Shown: one piece after another, positions 23,497 through 35,500 of the stretch
How positions within the stretch are numbered: the first letter of the stretch is position 1
Layout of the letters: each line of letters starts with the position of its first letter
Assembly: GCA_003971905.1 (NCBI GenBank)
Contig: RSEE01000016.1
Span: 372,001-436,000, forward strand
Origin: Moniliella sp. 'wahieum'
Taxonomy: Eukaryota
Length of the DNA stretch: 64,000 bases
Direction: 5' to 3'
Notes under the pieces: model-generated
Database searches by the model: none
What the model was told of the DNA's origin: nothing
The model's input: the letters and a program-made list of their open reading frames with translations, nothing else
Made by a program: the position numbers and the translations under genes

Positions 23497-23591
23497 GATT
23501 CTCTGGCTGCGGGTGGCTGGGAACGTGGCATCGGTCGGCACGTGCCTATGACGTAAAAGTGTGCAGGATTTCCCAGCCGATCTTATGATAT
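23497..23591 (+). repeat. 95-bp direct repeat, copy 2 (putative target-site duplication)
   Basis: Identical to 22509-22603. Confidence 0.95.
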
Positions 23592-24045
23592 AGAGATATA
23601 CGCCCCCACAGTGGACGTTGGGAGCGCAAACACCATTTCACATTATGTGTACGCACTTGCCAGGGTGTATGGTGTGGCAGGGTGTGGTGCTTTGGTACCC
23701 GGATACGACGAGGCCGAGCTAATTAATTTGTTGCATTGATCTTTCGATAGTAGTTATTCATCACTCAGGATCTCAGTAGGCACATGTAAAACATCCCACA
23801 GAGCCCCACCGGCCTCTGGCGTTTGGGGGGACATCAGCCCGTTGCGGCCGGGCCATCAGTAGCAGATCAACCCCCAATATGCATCAACCATTGAGATCTG
23901 AAATCCAGCAACAGAAGAAACTTTGTGTCGAAACCCACATGCACAGCTAGATAATATAGGGGGGCGGTCATGACCGGTCCTGTATACCCAAGAGGAGTAG
24001 TGCGGTTGACCCCTCCTCCTCTTTCTCGCCTCTTCTATCAACACG

Positions 24046-26660
24046 ATGCCCCTCGTACCAACATCAGAAATCCTTTCCGAGGGGTTCTTTCCCCTCAAAT
24101 CTCTCTTGGTCACCATGGTGCGCGCCCCGACACCACAGGAGAGAGAACACAACAGCTCATCTTTGCAGCTGCTCCTGGACGAGGCCCAGGCTTTGGGCGA
24201 ACAATGGGCCCGCGACCGCATCACCGCCATCTACACTCCGGACGACGCGGTGGACATTGCCCAAAGGATCGTGTGCCAACGCCGTACCAGATCAGCCCTC
24301 CCCCCCCTGGTCACCACGGCCACACTCAAGGAATGTGGGAAAGGGAGCTCCAGCACGGCAGCTGCCTCTGAGCAAGCAGGCGAAACGGATTGCCAACGTA
24401 CCAATGCAAGGAGCCAAACTCTAGATGAAGTGGCAACCCGGATGGCGATGGCCGTACGACGCTACGTTCTCCCACGGGTTGAGGCCTTGCGAAGTGAGCC
24501 GCCCTCAGCGCACTATTATGGAGTGGGCGCATGTGTAGGCCGCGCACGGATCCCTCGGGATGTGGAGCATGTCGTGGTGGTTTCGCATGCGGTGGCGCTG
24601 CAGGAGCTGGTCGGCGTGCTATTGGGGTTGCACGATGCCCAGCCTCCTGGACGCTATGCCCCATGGCCCGACGCACGCACTAACTTTGTGTATGTGCCGC
24701 CGGGGTGTTTAGGGTGGACTCGGGTCGAGATTTCCGTTCCGGCTCAAATGCCCCCTGGTGCTTTGCCCCCGCCGGCTACCCCAGAGGCGATGGATGCCAT
24801 GCTTGCTGCGCCTCCAAGAGAGCCTTTTCTCCCCCACCACCTCCCCCAGCATGGCCGGACCTACTGCCACCCGCAACATCTTTGTTCGAGTGCTCGAGCA
24901 GAACGTTTCGCTTACCAGCTACCGCGATGATAGCAGTGACAGTGAACCGGAGCAGTCTCTGCTCACCTCTGACGGCCTGTTGCTTTCGCGTCCATCCGCT
25001 ACTCATCCTCATCCCCATCCTCCTCCTCCCGCTTCAGGAGGGTTAGCGTCCAGGCGCTCATTTGGCAGACGGGAAGACGCACCAAATCTGGCCATTGAGC
25101 CACCGCATCGTCCTTCATGCGTTCGCTCCCCGTTACTCCTAGCACCCCATCCACCCTGGAACAGAAGGCACACCCAGTGTAGTGCTCCACCCCGATCCCA
25201 CCGCCCCTTCCATATCGACCTGTACCAACGCCTCAACCCCGAGCCTCGCGTCCTTTCATCCCGGTTCCGTCTCGACCACTCAATCCAAAGCGTACAAGGT
25301 TAGCACGCTCGCCTACGAACTCAGCCGCCCAACCCGACGAGATTCGAGCAGCAGCACTACTTTTCCATCATTTGCTGCGGATTCACCCGACAGTTTGAAC
25401 CAGTACCACGCGCTCCATGACTCATCGCCGGAGATTACCACTGGCGGCCTCGTCCCAAAGCAAGGGGTGTACAGTGCTTCGTCCCCCCTCCTCTCCAATG
25501 AAACGACGATCCTGTTGCCCTTCCCTTCTGCCACCAGGCGCACCAAGACCGATTTTTGTCCCACGGCAGAGCGGGGGGGGAACCAAAACCCTCACTGGAT
25601 GGTGGTTCGTGCCAAAGTTCTCTCCCTCTTTGATGGAGAGAAGGCGGGGCGGGGGACACTGGATGAGCTCCACACCCACCTAACGCAATACATTTCCGAT
25701 ACTGTCGAGCGGCGACCGGCACGGGCAGTGGAGATGGTGTGGTCGGAGGTGATGGGCGTCGTGGCGGGCGGGTGCCAGCGGTTAGCAATGCGATTGACTG
25801 CCTTGCAGGGCCAAGCACTCCTCACAGCTCTGGCCTTTGCCTGGACCGAGTTTTACCGCCACGTGCTCCCCCACGTCGAAGCGATCTTGGTCCCGCTCTC
25901 TACCCACCCTATCCTCACCTCTCTTCATCGGGGCAGCCAGAAGAGAGAGAGAGAGAGGTGGTTCTCCACCATTAATACCGACCTCTTTATGACTGGCTCC
26001 TCTGAGGTTGCATATCCATCCCATGCCAGGACTCAGGACGGGCCACCACTCAATCTACGACACATTTGCCTGGCTCATTTCCGTGACACACTGATTCTCC
26101 CCGGTTTGAGCAGCTGCGTCACCTTCTGCAACGAACCCCAATTGCCTTTGTCACCGAGACGGAGCAGAAGGAGGGGCGGGCGCTGCGACTGAGAACGACG
26201 TGAAAGAACAGCGGTTGATCCAAATGTTGGGGCTGTGTCGGATGGTCCATGCAGCGGACAGTAGGGCCCAAGAGCAGATGCGGGCTTTATTTGCGAGCGC
26301 TGTGGCCGCCCCTGCTCACCTTCCAGCAGCTTGGTCGCCGCCCATTCTGAAGGCCGGCTCGGGCAGTTCGAGCCGCTCGAGGCTGCGGGGCTGGCCCCGC
26401 CCCTGGTTCTTGGCCCCGACACTGCCGCTCCTTCTGAACGGCTGGTGCGGCAGCAGAGGGAGGGAAAAAGTGGCATCAGCACCAGCTCCGCCCTGCTTCG
26501 CACTTTGCCTCGTTCTTTCGCCCGCTCGGCTGCTGACCCCTCTGGCCCGCCGTTCGTTCTCCATCGGCGTAGCCGCCACCCGTCCCTGGGCCTGGCCACG
26601 TCGGTCCCAGATGGGACCCGCCGACCGCGCCTGCGGCCGGGGCGGGGGGGTCCGGACTAG
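24046..26660 (+). CDS. Degenerate histidine-phosphatase (PGM-like) domain followed by an HbrB/Bit61 (PRR5/Protor, TORC2 subunit) domain; one fused gene or two abutting genes
   Basis: N-part: LLVTMVRAP, EAQALGEQWARDRITAIYT, HVVVVSHAVALQELV, WTRVEI, VRVLEQNVS. C-part: HWMVVRAKVLSLFDGE, LQGQALLTALAFAWTEFYRHVLPHVEAILVPL, LNLRHICLAHFRDTLILP, RLIQMLGL. The parts are joined only through frameshifts. Confidence 0.7.
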
Positions 26661-27508
26661 GCCTACTGGGCTGGCGCGACGCGTGACGCGGTGAGGAGAG
26701 ACGGACAGAGCGCAGATGCGGCGTTGGAGCTAGGAGAGGCCTTAGGTCTTAGACCTTAGACTACAGGTCTGGCCAGCATGCAGAATCAGATTGCTAATGT
26801 CCATACCATGATAGCAGCATGGGGGCGTTGTTGGTACTTTTGCTCCTGGTCCGCGTGTGGGATGGGATGGGCAGGGGCAGTAGGACAAGCGAGATGCGTG
26901 ACATGGGTGCCAGCCACAAGTACCGCTGTTCACATTCTGCGCTCAGACGCAGTGCGCTGAACCAGGCTACGCCGCATGTCACGTGCGTTACATGGGGCCA
27001 AGACGGCCCAGATGCACGGGGTTGTGGATGCGCGTGCAGCGGCAGTCACTAGTCATTAGTCACTAGCTAGTCGCTGCGTCTGGGATTGCGATTGGCCCTG
27101 TCGACGTGTGGGACATGGCATCGCATCTTCCATCGGAGTTCCAGCTGCGACACGGGTCGTTCAACTTTCAGTTGTAGCATAGTGGCCCAATGCCTGGCAG
27201 GCCCACCACCACCCAAATCACACACCACACATCACACACTGTGTCCCACATCATGCATCACACGTCCCTGGTGTGCTTAACGCTTAACGTTTAACTGGCT
27301 TGACGCGCGGACGTCCTGGGCGCTTTTCAAATTTCGCCCGGCACGCTTCACGCTTCACGCTTCACTTGAAGCGTCCCTTGGTCACTAGTCGCTGGACTCG
27401 CTTCGCCTCTGCCGATGCCTCGCGGAGCTCGGGCGATCCCAGCCACCACCCACCACCAACTAGCTCCTCGGGCGGGCGCTCCCGCCTCCCCTCCGCACGC
27501 ACCACATC

Positions 27509-29206
27509 ATGCGCCCTGCTTGTCGGCCAGACCCGCGCATGGCCCCACCCGCTCGCTCCATGCCCTCACCCGTTCTTGTCTATTGCGCAGACCAGGGGGA
27601 CGACCCGGAAGGGGTAAGTACGCTGTGCGAATTCAAGACCGAGAAGCAGTTGTCGTCGCCACCCTCTCGAGCGCAGGAGGAGCCGAGCTGGGTGCTTCCC
27701 CTCCAACGCTTTGCTGCTCGCTTGGCCCGCTACAAGATCGAGCAGGTCGGCATCACACCTTGCGCGACGAAGAGCGCACGGGCACGCGATGGTGGGCCGC
27801 CTCGTTTATTTTTTTCTCGGTCGACTTTAATCTGCTTGCCTTTTCCAGTGGTTCGCTGGCGGCTACCTATGGTCTGGGCATGTACGGCAGTCTGTTTACC
27901 ATTCTGGGATTCTCACTGCTCTGCTGCTTGCCGACCGCCTACCTCTCCACCTGCGGCCCCCGCCTCGGCCAGCGACAGATGGTCCAGAGCCGGTACAGCT
28001 GGGGGTACTGGCCCGTTATGCTGATTGGCTTGTGTGCGGCAGCCAGCTCGATGGGGTACTCGATCCTCGATGCCGTCCTGGGGGCGATACCCTATCCTAC
28101 GTCCCTGCCCACCACAGCTTGACCCCCGTGATAGGGATCGTGATCATCTGCCTCATTTCCCTTTTTATTAGCTTTGCTGGCCTCCGCATGATCAGCATCA
28201 TGGAGCGCATCATCTGGATCCCCGTCCTGATTTCCTTCATCACACTCATTTGTCGTGCTGGCACAGGCCCTCAAGGCCTTCATATCCCCCCCGGACCCGA
28301 CCCTTCCACCGCCAGGGGGGTGATGAACATGGGCGCCGTCATTGCTGGCTTTTTCATGTCCTACTCGCCGGGCGCGAGTGACGTGACTCACTATCTTCGC
28401 CCCGACACCTCCACCAGGAAGCTCTTTTGGGCCAACTACGTTGCCCTCTGCCTCGGCGGTATCCCTGCCCTCATGCTCGGTGCCGCCTTTTCCGTCTCGG
28501 CACAAGACATCCCAGAGTGGAAGGCAGCGCTGGACGTGAGCTGCGGGGACTTGTTGGATGCAGTGATGGGGCGCAACCCGCTGGCTCGACCGCAACGCGT
28601 GGATGGTCCAAGTGCTGCATCGTTTTCCTCGCCTTGTCAGTGAGCTCCAACTTGGTTGTGTCGAGCTACTCGTTTGGGCTGAACTTGCGTAAGCGCCTCC
28701 CCTCCCCTCCCATCGCCACTGGCAGTGATGCAATACTAACTTGGACCTTTGCTCAGAAACCATATTTCCTTTCCTCTCTCACATCCCTCGCTTTTTCTGG
28801 ATGCTCCTCGCCACGGCCATTGTCCTGCCACTTGCCATTGCCGTTTCGCTCAATTCTGCGTTTTATTCGACCCTGAGTAACTTTACCTCGGTCCTGGGCT
28901 ACTTTGCTGCCCTCTACATCGCACCCGTCCTGCTCGAATGGCTTGTCATCCGACGTCGCAACCCACTTCGTTTTGATCGAGGCGCATGGAACGACTGGCG
29001 CCGGCTCCCGTTGGGCTTGGCGGCGTTGGGCGGGCAGCACCTTGATTTCGCTCGCGCTCCTCGTGCCTTCCATCGACCAAGTCTGGTTCATCGGACCCAT
29101 TGCTAAGCACCACACGGGCGATATCGGGTTCGAGATGGGCTTTGCGCTGACTGCCCTCACCTACCTCCCCCTCCGTTTGCTTGAATTGCACTTCTGGGGG
29201 CACTAA
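27509..29206 (+). CDS. Purine-cytosine / vitamin B6 permease (NCS1 family, Fcy2/Tpn1-like)
   Basis: IEQVGITP; NLLAFSSGSLAATYGLG; PTAYLSTCGPRLGQRQMVQSRYSWGYWP; ASDVTHYLRPDTS; YSFGLNL; FYSTLSNFTSVLGYFAALY; WNDWRRLPLGLAAL; DQVWFIGPIA..GDIGFE..YLPLRLLE. Intron at about 28689-28756. Confidence 0.9.
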
Positions 29207-30916
29207 CTGCCTCGCCCGATCCCCCCGAGGGGACCCTTAGCCGTCTTCCGCTTCCTGCCTCCTCTCCTCTCGAGATCGGATGGTGCTTGGCATGGGCTTT
29301 TTTGCTCGTATTTCTTCTTTTCCGCATTTTTTCCGCATCTACCACTCTTTGCTTTGGCCTCACCGCACCATTCACCCGCATCCAAACTCAACCCCATATG
29401 CAACATGCAACGCAGTTCGCCCGCCCCTGTAGCAGCCATACCCAAGCAGCCGTCGCACCCGAATCGGTCCCGCTCTTCTGATCCCCTTCTCCCCACACCG
29501 TACAAAGTCCGGTCCCTCTCCGTCGCCCTCTTTGCTCCTCCTCCTCTAGCATCAGCGTATACTTCTTGGTTCTGGGGGACGGGAGGCGGCACAAAATGAG
29601 TCGGGAAGGAGGGGACACATTTTGTTCGCCGACACCAGGCAGGGCGATGAGGTGCTGTCCTTGGCCTGTTTAAGCGTTCGTCTTGCCAGTCGCCAACTCA
29701 GCTCCGCGCCTCCTTGTGCCCTCGTGTCATGAGATTGCGCATGCCATCTGGGGCCCGATGCTGGGCGATACGTGTGCCGCGCCGGTGCTGGCGGGTGGGG
29801 GGCGGCCATTGTCGTGCGCTTGTGCGATGGGCTGGATCTGGAACGGGGCTACCCTTAGAACGAACCGAGGAGCGCTGTTGGTCCCGCCCTGGCTTCGTAC
29901 TACCGCCGTGCCGTACGTTGCGTGGCTATCGGCATTTGCCGCGTCGGCACGCCGACGTACGCGGGCCCCTGCAACGGTCCCTGCAACGGCCCCAGGACGG
30001 GCACGGAGGAGTGCCACGGACGTTCTGGACATCATGGACCAGGCCTGTTTAGTCTTCGACGCTCACCGTTCGACCGACTCCGAAGCTGGCTCGTATTGGC
30101 TACGAACGGGAAAGGGTGCTCGGTGCCCGGTGCTCTTGCATCGTGGCGGGCCGAGTGCCAAGCCGGCTGTAGAGCAAGTATCGACAAATGTTGATTAGTC
30201 TTGTGGGGATACGTAGGCGGGTGCGCGTGCACTGTCCTGAGCGGCTCAGCGCAACGTGCTCTGTGCTCCGCCGATCAAATAGTAGTCGCATCCTTCTGAG
30301 TGGACCAGAAGAAACCGATCATGACGGATTTCGACCTGAGCACGACTGGAAGTGAGCCTGTCACTTCCTACTGAACAGTTGGAGATGAGGGGTGTAGGGG
30401 CGGATGGGAGGGGTCCCAGCGAGCCGGACGGCGCAAGCGATGCCACACCTACCTGTGACTATATACTATCACTCGCAGTTGTGTTGCTCCTTATTGCCAT
30501 CGGCACCAGTCGCATCTGCATCCCGAACGCGCATAACGATTCCCCTCCCCCCTCTTAAGGGCCGCGACCTGGATTGGTGGCGAACCGCGCCGAGGGGGAG
30601 CAATGCGGGCGGGCGACGGTGCAGGGCACCACGAGGGAGACGAATATAAGCGACCGAAGCATGGTAAGGGGCCAAGTTGACGGGGAACGAATACGGATAG
30701 GGACAGGAGGGCGCAACAGAAACACAGATGCGGATGAGAAATCCAGCGGTGGCAAACGACTTGGCGGTTTGCGTCCCTCCCATTGGGCTCGGCTAAGAAA
30801 AAGAGGAAAGAGGTACAGCGAGTATACACAACTAATTAGGCCCGCACAGTGGGGGAAAGCAGATTGGGACGCGAGACCACAGCCTGATGCGAGGAGCTAA
30901 GGAAGGAACGACACAG

Positions 30917-30966
30917 CGATAGGATGGGATGCGATAGGATGGGATGCGATAGGATGGGATGCGATG
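30917..30966. repeat. 15-bp tandem repeat (GCGATAGGATGGGAT)3
   Basis: Directly visible in intergenic or 3' UTR DNA. Confidence 0.85.
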
Positions 30967-31193
30967 CGATGCCTGGCACCAAGGTGGAGGCAGCGAAAAA
31001 TAAGAGTCAAAATAGAGAGGGGAAAGACAGCGTAGCGAGCGAAGGGAGAGAGAGCGTCTGTGTCTGTGAGGGTATTGATATGAAGTATGAAGGTATGGGG
31101 TACGCACGTCCACGTGCACGGATAGCGCCGCACCAACCCGTCCTGCGCTGCGGCAAGGGGGGGAAGGGGTTGAGGGGCGCCATCGGGGCTGGC

Positions 31194-32598
31194 TTAGCCA
31201 ACGCAATCGCGACGGGAGGGTGGGGGGCAGGAAAACGGTGCGGTTGGGCACGGGTGGGGGGACAAGAGGGTGGAAGGATAGGTTTGGTCGGACGAGGTCC
31301 ACTGCGGAGAATGGCACGGTTTCGTTTCTGCCTCATCCACATCGGGCAAGGGCTGGGATAAGCCAGTGATGGGACTGGGCGGAAGCTGAGCCAGCGTCGG
31401 TCTCGGGCGGGCTAGGGTAGGGGCTTGGGCGGTTGCCTTGCCGGCGCCGGGCTCGGACCGGGTGGTGAGGCCACTGGACCGCTTGGCAGCACGCGCCAAT
31501 GGGCGTTGCGACTTGAGCGGCACATCGATCACAAGCAGTTTCCCGTCAAATTGAGCGCGCACGTCGTGCAGATCGGCGTCGGGACCAAACACCACACTCG
31601 GCTCAAAGTGCCCGCCTGTATCGTCGTCCCATTTATCGGCAACAATGTGGATCGTGCGATGGTCTGGCAAAGATCAAAAAAGGAAAAGAAAACGGTGGGA
31701 GAGAGTAGTTAGCCGACGCTGCCACCTGCCACGGCTCGCACACATACGTTTGACAGAGAGAGAGATGCCATCAATCGTAAAGCCCGGCAGGTTGAGCCGG
31801 ATGGTATACCCTTTGGCATGCGTCTACATCCAGCCTTGTTTCGGGCGGGGCGGGACGCTGATCCAGGAACGGTGTCGTAGTGACCGGCGAGTGGCGCACC
31901 ACATACTCCGGTTCGCCTTCCAAGCCGTTCCAGCTGCGGGTACTGCTCGGGCGGGCGGGAAGAAGGAGAGTTGGGCGAGGCTGATGCTGAGGCGTGCCCG
32001 CCATGCCTGGGCGCGCGCCCGGGCATACTCGCTTCGGAGCGAGGCAGGCGAGCGGGCAGGCCGGTCACAATGGGTCGGGTGTGGGGGTGGAGGCGGGGGA
32101 GGGGGAGAGGGGGAACAGCCCGAACTCGGATCTGGCTCGGGCCCCGAGTCAATATCGGCCGCGTCAGGGCTTTCCCTAATGGGGGCGACGGGGAAGACCG
32201 AGTCGGAGGAGAAGGCGCTGGTTTGGGAACGGGTACTAAGCTGGGTGCGCGCGCTCAGCTGCGACAAGGACGAGAGCCGGCGCTCCGTCGGTCCGAGCGA
32301 ATGGGTGGTGGCCATGGACGCGACGGACGAGGGCGCTGGAGGGGGTGGGTGGTAGGGGTAGTGCAGTGGCGGGAGCGACGCGGCGGACTTGAGGGGGGGG
32401 GGGCGATGAGGGGCGCAGGGAGGGTGGAGGGGGAGGCGCTGGCGGAGGCAGAGCGGGAAGGGTGGCAACTGCTCGAGTGCACCCACAACGGGTCGTCGTC
32501 CGGCAGGAGCGAGCGCCACGAGTGGGGGGGGGCGTGCTGTGGCTGGGCATGAGGCGTGGGGGAGCGGTGCTGGCTGGCTACTGGCTGGCGGGGGGCAT
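31194..32598 (-). CDS. Protein with a Ser/Pro-rich N-terminus and a C-terminal HSP20-like (alpha-crystallin-type) domain
   Basis: DGISLSVK/DHRTIHIVADKWDDDTGGHFE..VVFGPDADLHDVRAQFDGKLLVIDVP resembles basidiomycete HSP20-like proteins. GTATGT...CTAAC...CAG intron at about 31666-31748. Ends uncertain. Confidence 0.6.
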
Positions 32599-35500
32599 GC
32601 AGCCCATGGCGGTGGGTGGTGGTGGTGGCAGGAAAAAGAGGAGGGGAGGAGGGGGGGAGGAGGATACGGAGAGAAGAAGAGAGAAAAAAGGAGAATGAGG
32701 ACAGACCCGCTCGCTGGGCAGAGAGGGCAGAGCGCGAGCAACGCAGGCTGGGCCGAGACAGGCGATGAGGCTGGGGCTGAGCGGCTGCCAGCGTCGCTTT
32801 CCTCCCGTCAGCCGGTGGCCCCGGTGGTGCAGTCGGGGATGCATGCGAGCGACCGCCGCCACACTCGTCCAGCGCCACCATGCGCATGGCACAATGCCCC
32901 CCCGCCGCAGTAGAAGCGCACCATGCATCACCCATGCGCACCCTGCCCCTTGCATCCGCCGCCCGGTGCCATTCAAGATTCACGCGTCACATCCCTGCAA
33001 CACATCACGGCCATGCTTTCGTCGCCCCCAACCATGCCCGTGCCTTGCATCGGGCGCCTGGGGGCATGCTCCAGCATGTCGACGGGCGATGCCCGATGGC
33101 GCACCAGTGCCAGTGAGGCGTCCTGGGTGTCTCGGAGCAAGCGCAAGGCGCAAGCCTGCGCGATGAGTTGCTGAGCGGCTGCGCAGCTCTGCAACGCTCG
33201 ATGCGCGCCCAGCGCCCAGCGTACCAACGCAGACCGGCCACCGCTACCGGCTACCGGCTACCCCGCTCCAGGCTGGCAGCCGAGGGGCTTGTCCCATGGC
33301 CATGTCACACCCAACGCCCGACGTATATGCTCGGACACTGTATGTGGGTGGCTGGGAGCATGTTGGGTAGGCAGGGTAGGCGTGGCGCGGGCGCAGCAGA
33401 GGCGTGGCGCGTGGCGCGCTGTGCCCATGCATCCCCACCGGGTCGACGGGCGCTGCGGCTGCCTCGCACTGGACCAGCGTCTGGCTGTGCCAATTACTAA
33501 GCGCATCGGCGCCAAGCTCAGCCTGTAGTGCGGTCGTGCGGCGGCGGGACAGTGCAGCAGCCGGCTGGGTCGGTGCGACCGGCCGACCGGCTGCCCTCGG
33601 CTGCCCCCGCAGCCACCCGCAGCGCTCTTCTCTCTCGGGTACGAAACGAGCACCATCCATCATGCACCAGTCGCATCAGTGCGCCAGTGCAGTCAGCGCT
33701 GTCGCCTCGCCTTCAGCGTATCACGTCACATGACGTCACACTCATATCACATTCATCCAGCGCCACACCAGCCTCATCAATCCATTCTTCTTCAGGTTCC
33801 CCTTGGTAAGCATAATTTCCGTTTCCCTCAGTCCATAGGCCGGCCAGCAGCCCGCTTCAAGCTTCAAGCTTCAAGCTTCAAGCCTCAGGGCCTCACAGGA
33901 CAGAGATCCATCCTCTCGCACAGGACCTGCGCGCTCGCTCTCGGCTGTTCCTTAGGTCTCATCGATCATGCATCACGCAGGTATACAAGAGGGTATATAC
34001 CCCACCATTGGCGCGTGTAGTTGGATCCAGGTGTATCCCAGTATCCTATATCCATTCCAACATGGAATTGTAGCGCCTACAAGCGGCACGACGAAGAGAC
34101 ACGACGATCGCCGCAGTCACATTGACGGGTTCTGGCCGCAGAGCGCGCAGCAGCAGCCGTGGCGACAATTACAGTGTGGCAAATATCCTTGCTCTGTTTT
34201 CGCCACACTCTCCAACCGAGGCACAAGGTGAGGCGAGGCTACCGGCAGGTGAGTTGAGGCGAGGTGCGCACCTCCTCCGCAGCATATGATATGGTTCGCG
34301 ATGGAAGACTTGATAGGACAGACTGACAAAATGGTGAGTGCCCTGGTCTGTCCATCGCGCGTAGCCGAGGGTCTGCGACAGACACCCCGACCATCGAAGA
34401 CCCAGTTGACCCACCGGAAGGGCTGCTTCAAGCATCGCACGCGTCACACTTGCGTCAAGCTTCAGCTTAAGCTTCCCACAGTCCGAGTCTGAACCAAAAT
34501 AGCGAGCCAGCCCGGCACTGCCTCGTCTGTGTTGATTATAACATCGGAAAAAATGCGGGGAAGTGATGCGTGATGGGCCGGCTACGTGCGATGCGCGATG
34601 CATGACATGCATGATGATCGATGAAGGATGCTCGATGCAGGAACCAACCTTGTTTGCAGGATCTACGTAACATGTGACATGTGTGACATGTGACATGCGA
34701 CGCCACTGCCGCACCACGTGCCACATGTCGCAGGTCACATGTCACGCTCGCTCATGCATCATGCGTCATGGACGTCCAGGTAATCAGCGTGAGCACAGTG
34801 GCTGGGCCAACGGCTGAGCGGCTTGATTCGGGTACGGTTGCCGGGTACCTTTGATTAGTGGGGCTGCGGGTTGGGTGGGAAAAGCAAGTGCGTGCACGTG
34901 ATACGTGCGGCTGATGCGTGTGATGCATGATGCGCGACGTGGGTATCATGGGGTGTAACGTAAGTGGGCCTGTAATGCATGTAACCGGCCGGTGCTTACA
35001 TTGGTAGCACGTGACGGTCACGTGCGACTCTGGGCAAGTCCAGCACAGCGGTGCTAACCCTAGGAACGAGTCGAGTAGTAATTCCTAGATGTGCGCCGCA
35101 GTCCAGTGAATAGATTGGTACTACTTTCAGATCCAGACAAGCATAGCTGGCCGACGTGGGGTGTTGCGGACCCAATCTGGGGAAAGCCCCAAACATTGGT
35201 TCGACCCTGGGGCCGCAGCCTCTACCACAGCCCCGAAGGGGACATGGTGACAGGCGGCGATTGTCATCAAGTGACTAGCTTGACTAGGGATGCATGACGC
35301 GGGACAGGTGAACGTGGTGAACGTTCACCGGGGAGGCTGGAAAGGCGGAACGGAATATGAATGTGACAGGTGACAGGTGACAGGTCATGTGATCATGCAC
35401 ATGCGACATGCGGCACGTGACATGTGCATGTGATCAGAGATGCATCACACAGTGGCTTCGCTTAAGGCCAAGCTGGGTGGAGAATGGATGATGGATGATG

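Larger units (their letters stand above)
22251..23596 (-). mobile_element. Non-autonomous Helitron-like element (about 360 bp when the nested insertion is removed), interrupted by a non-LTR retrotransposon
   Basis: Minus-strand 5' end A|TCTCTATATCATAAG at 23596; 3' end ...CTTGTAG|T at 22251, so the element sits between A and T with no TSD. Two GC-rich hairpins (22265-22283, 22286-22304) lie 14 nt from the 3' end. There is an internal 26-bp minisatellite. The terminal GTAG deviates from the canonical CTRR. Confidence 0.6.

Noticed and set aside
22509..23591. 95-bp direct repeats as LTRs of an LTR retrotransposon
   Set aside because: No TG...CA termini, no PBS or PPT, and no outer 4-6 bp TSD. 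The insert encodes a non-LTR RLE domain that begins abruptly mid-protein.
35163..35219. Small three-stem structure with GGTTCGACC resembling a tRNA T-loop
   Set aside because: Too short, with no D-arm or A-box, no 7-nt anticodon loop and no terminator. Such pairing is expected by chance in GC-rich DNA.
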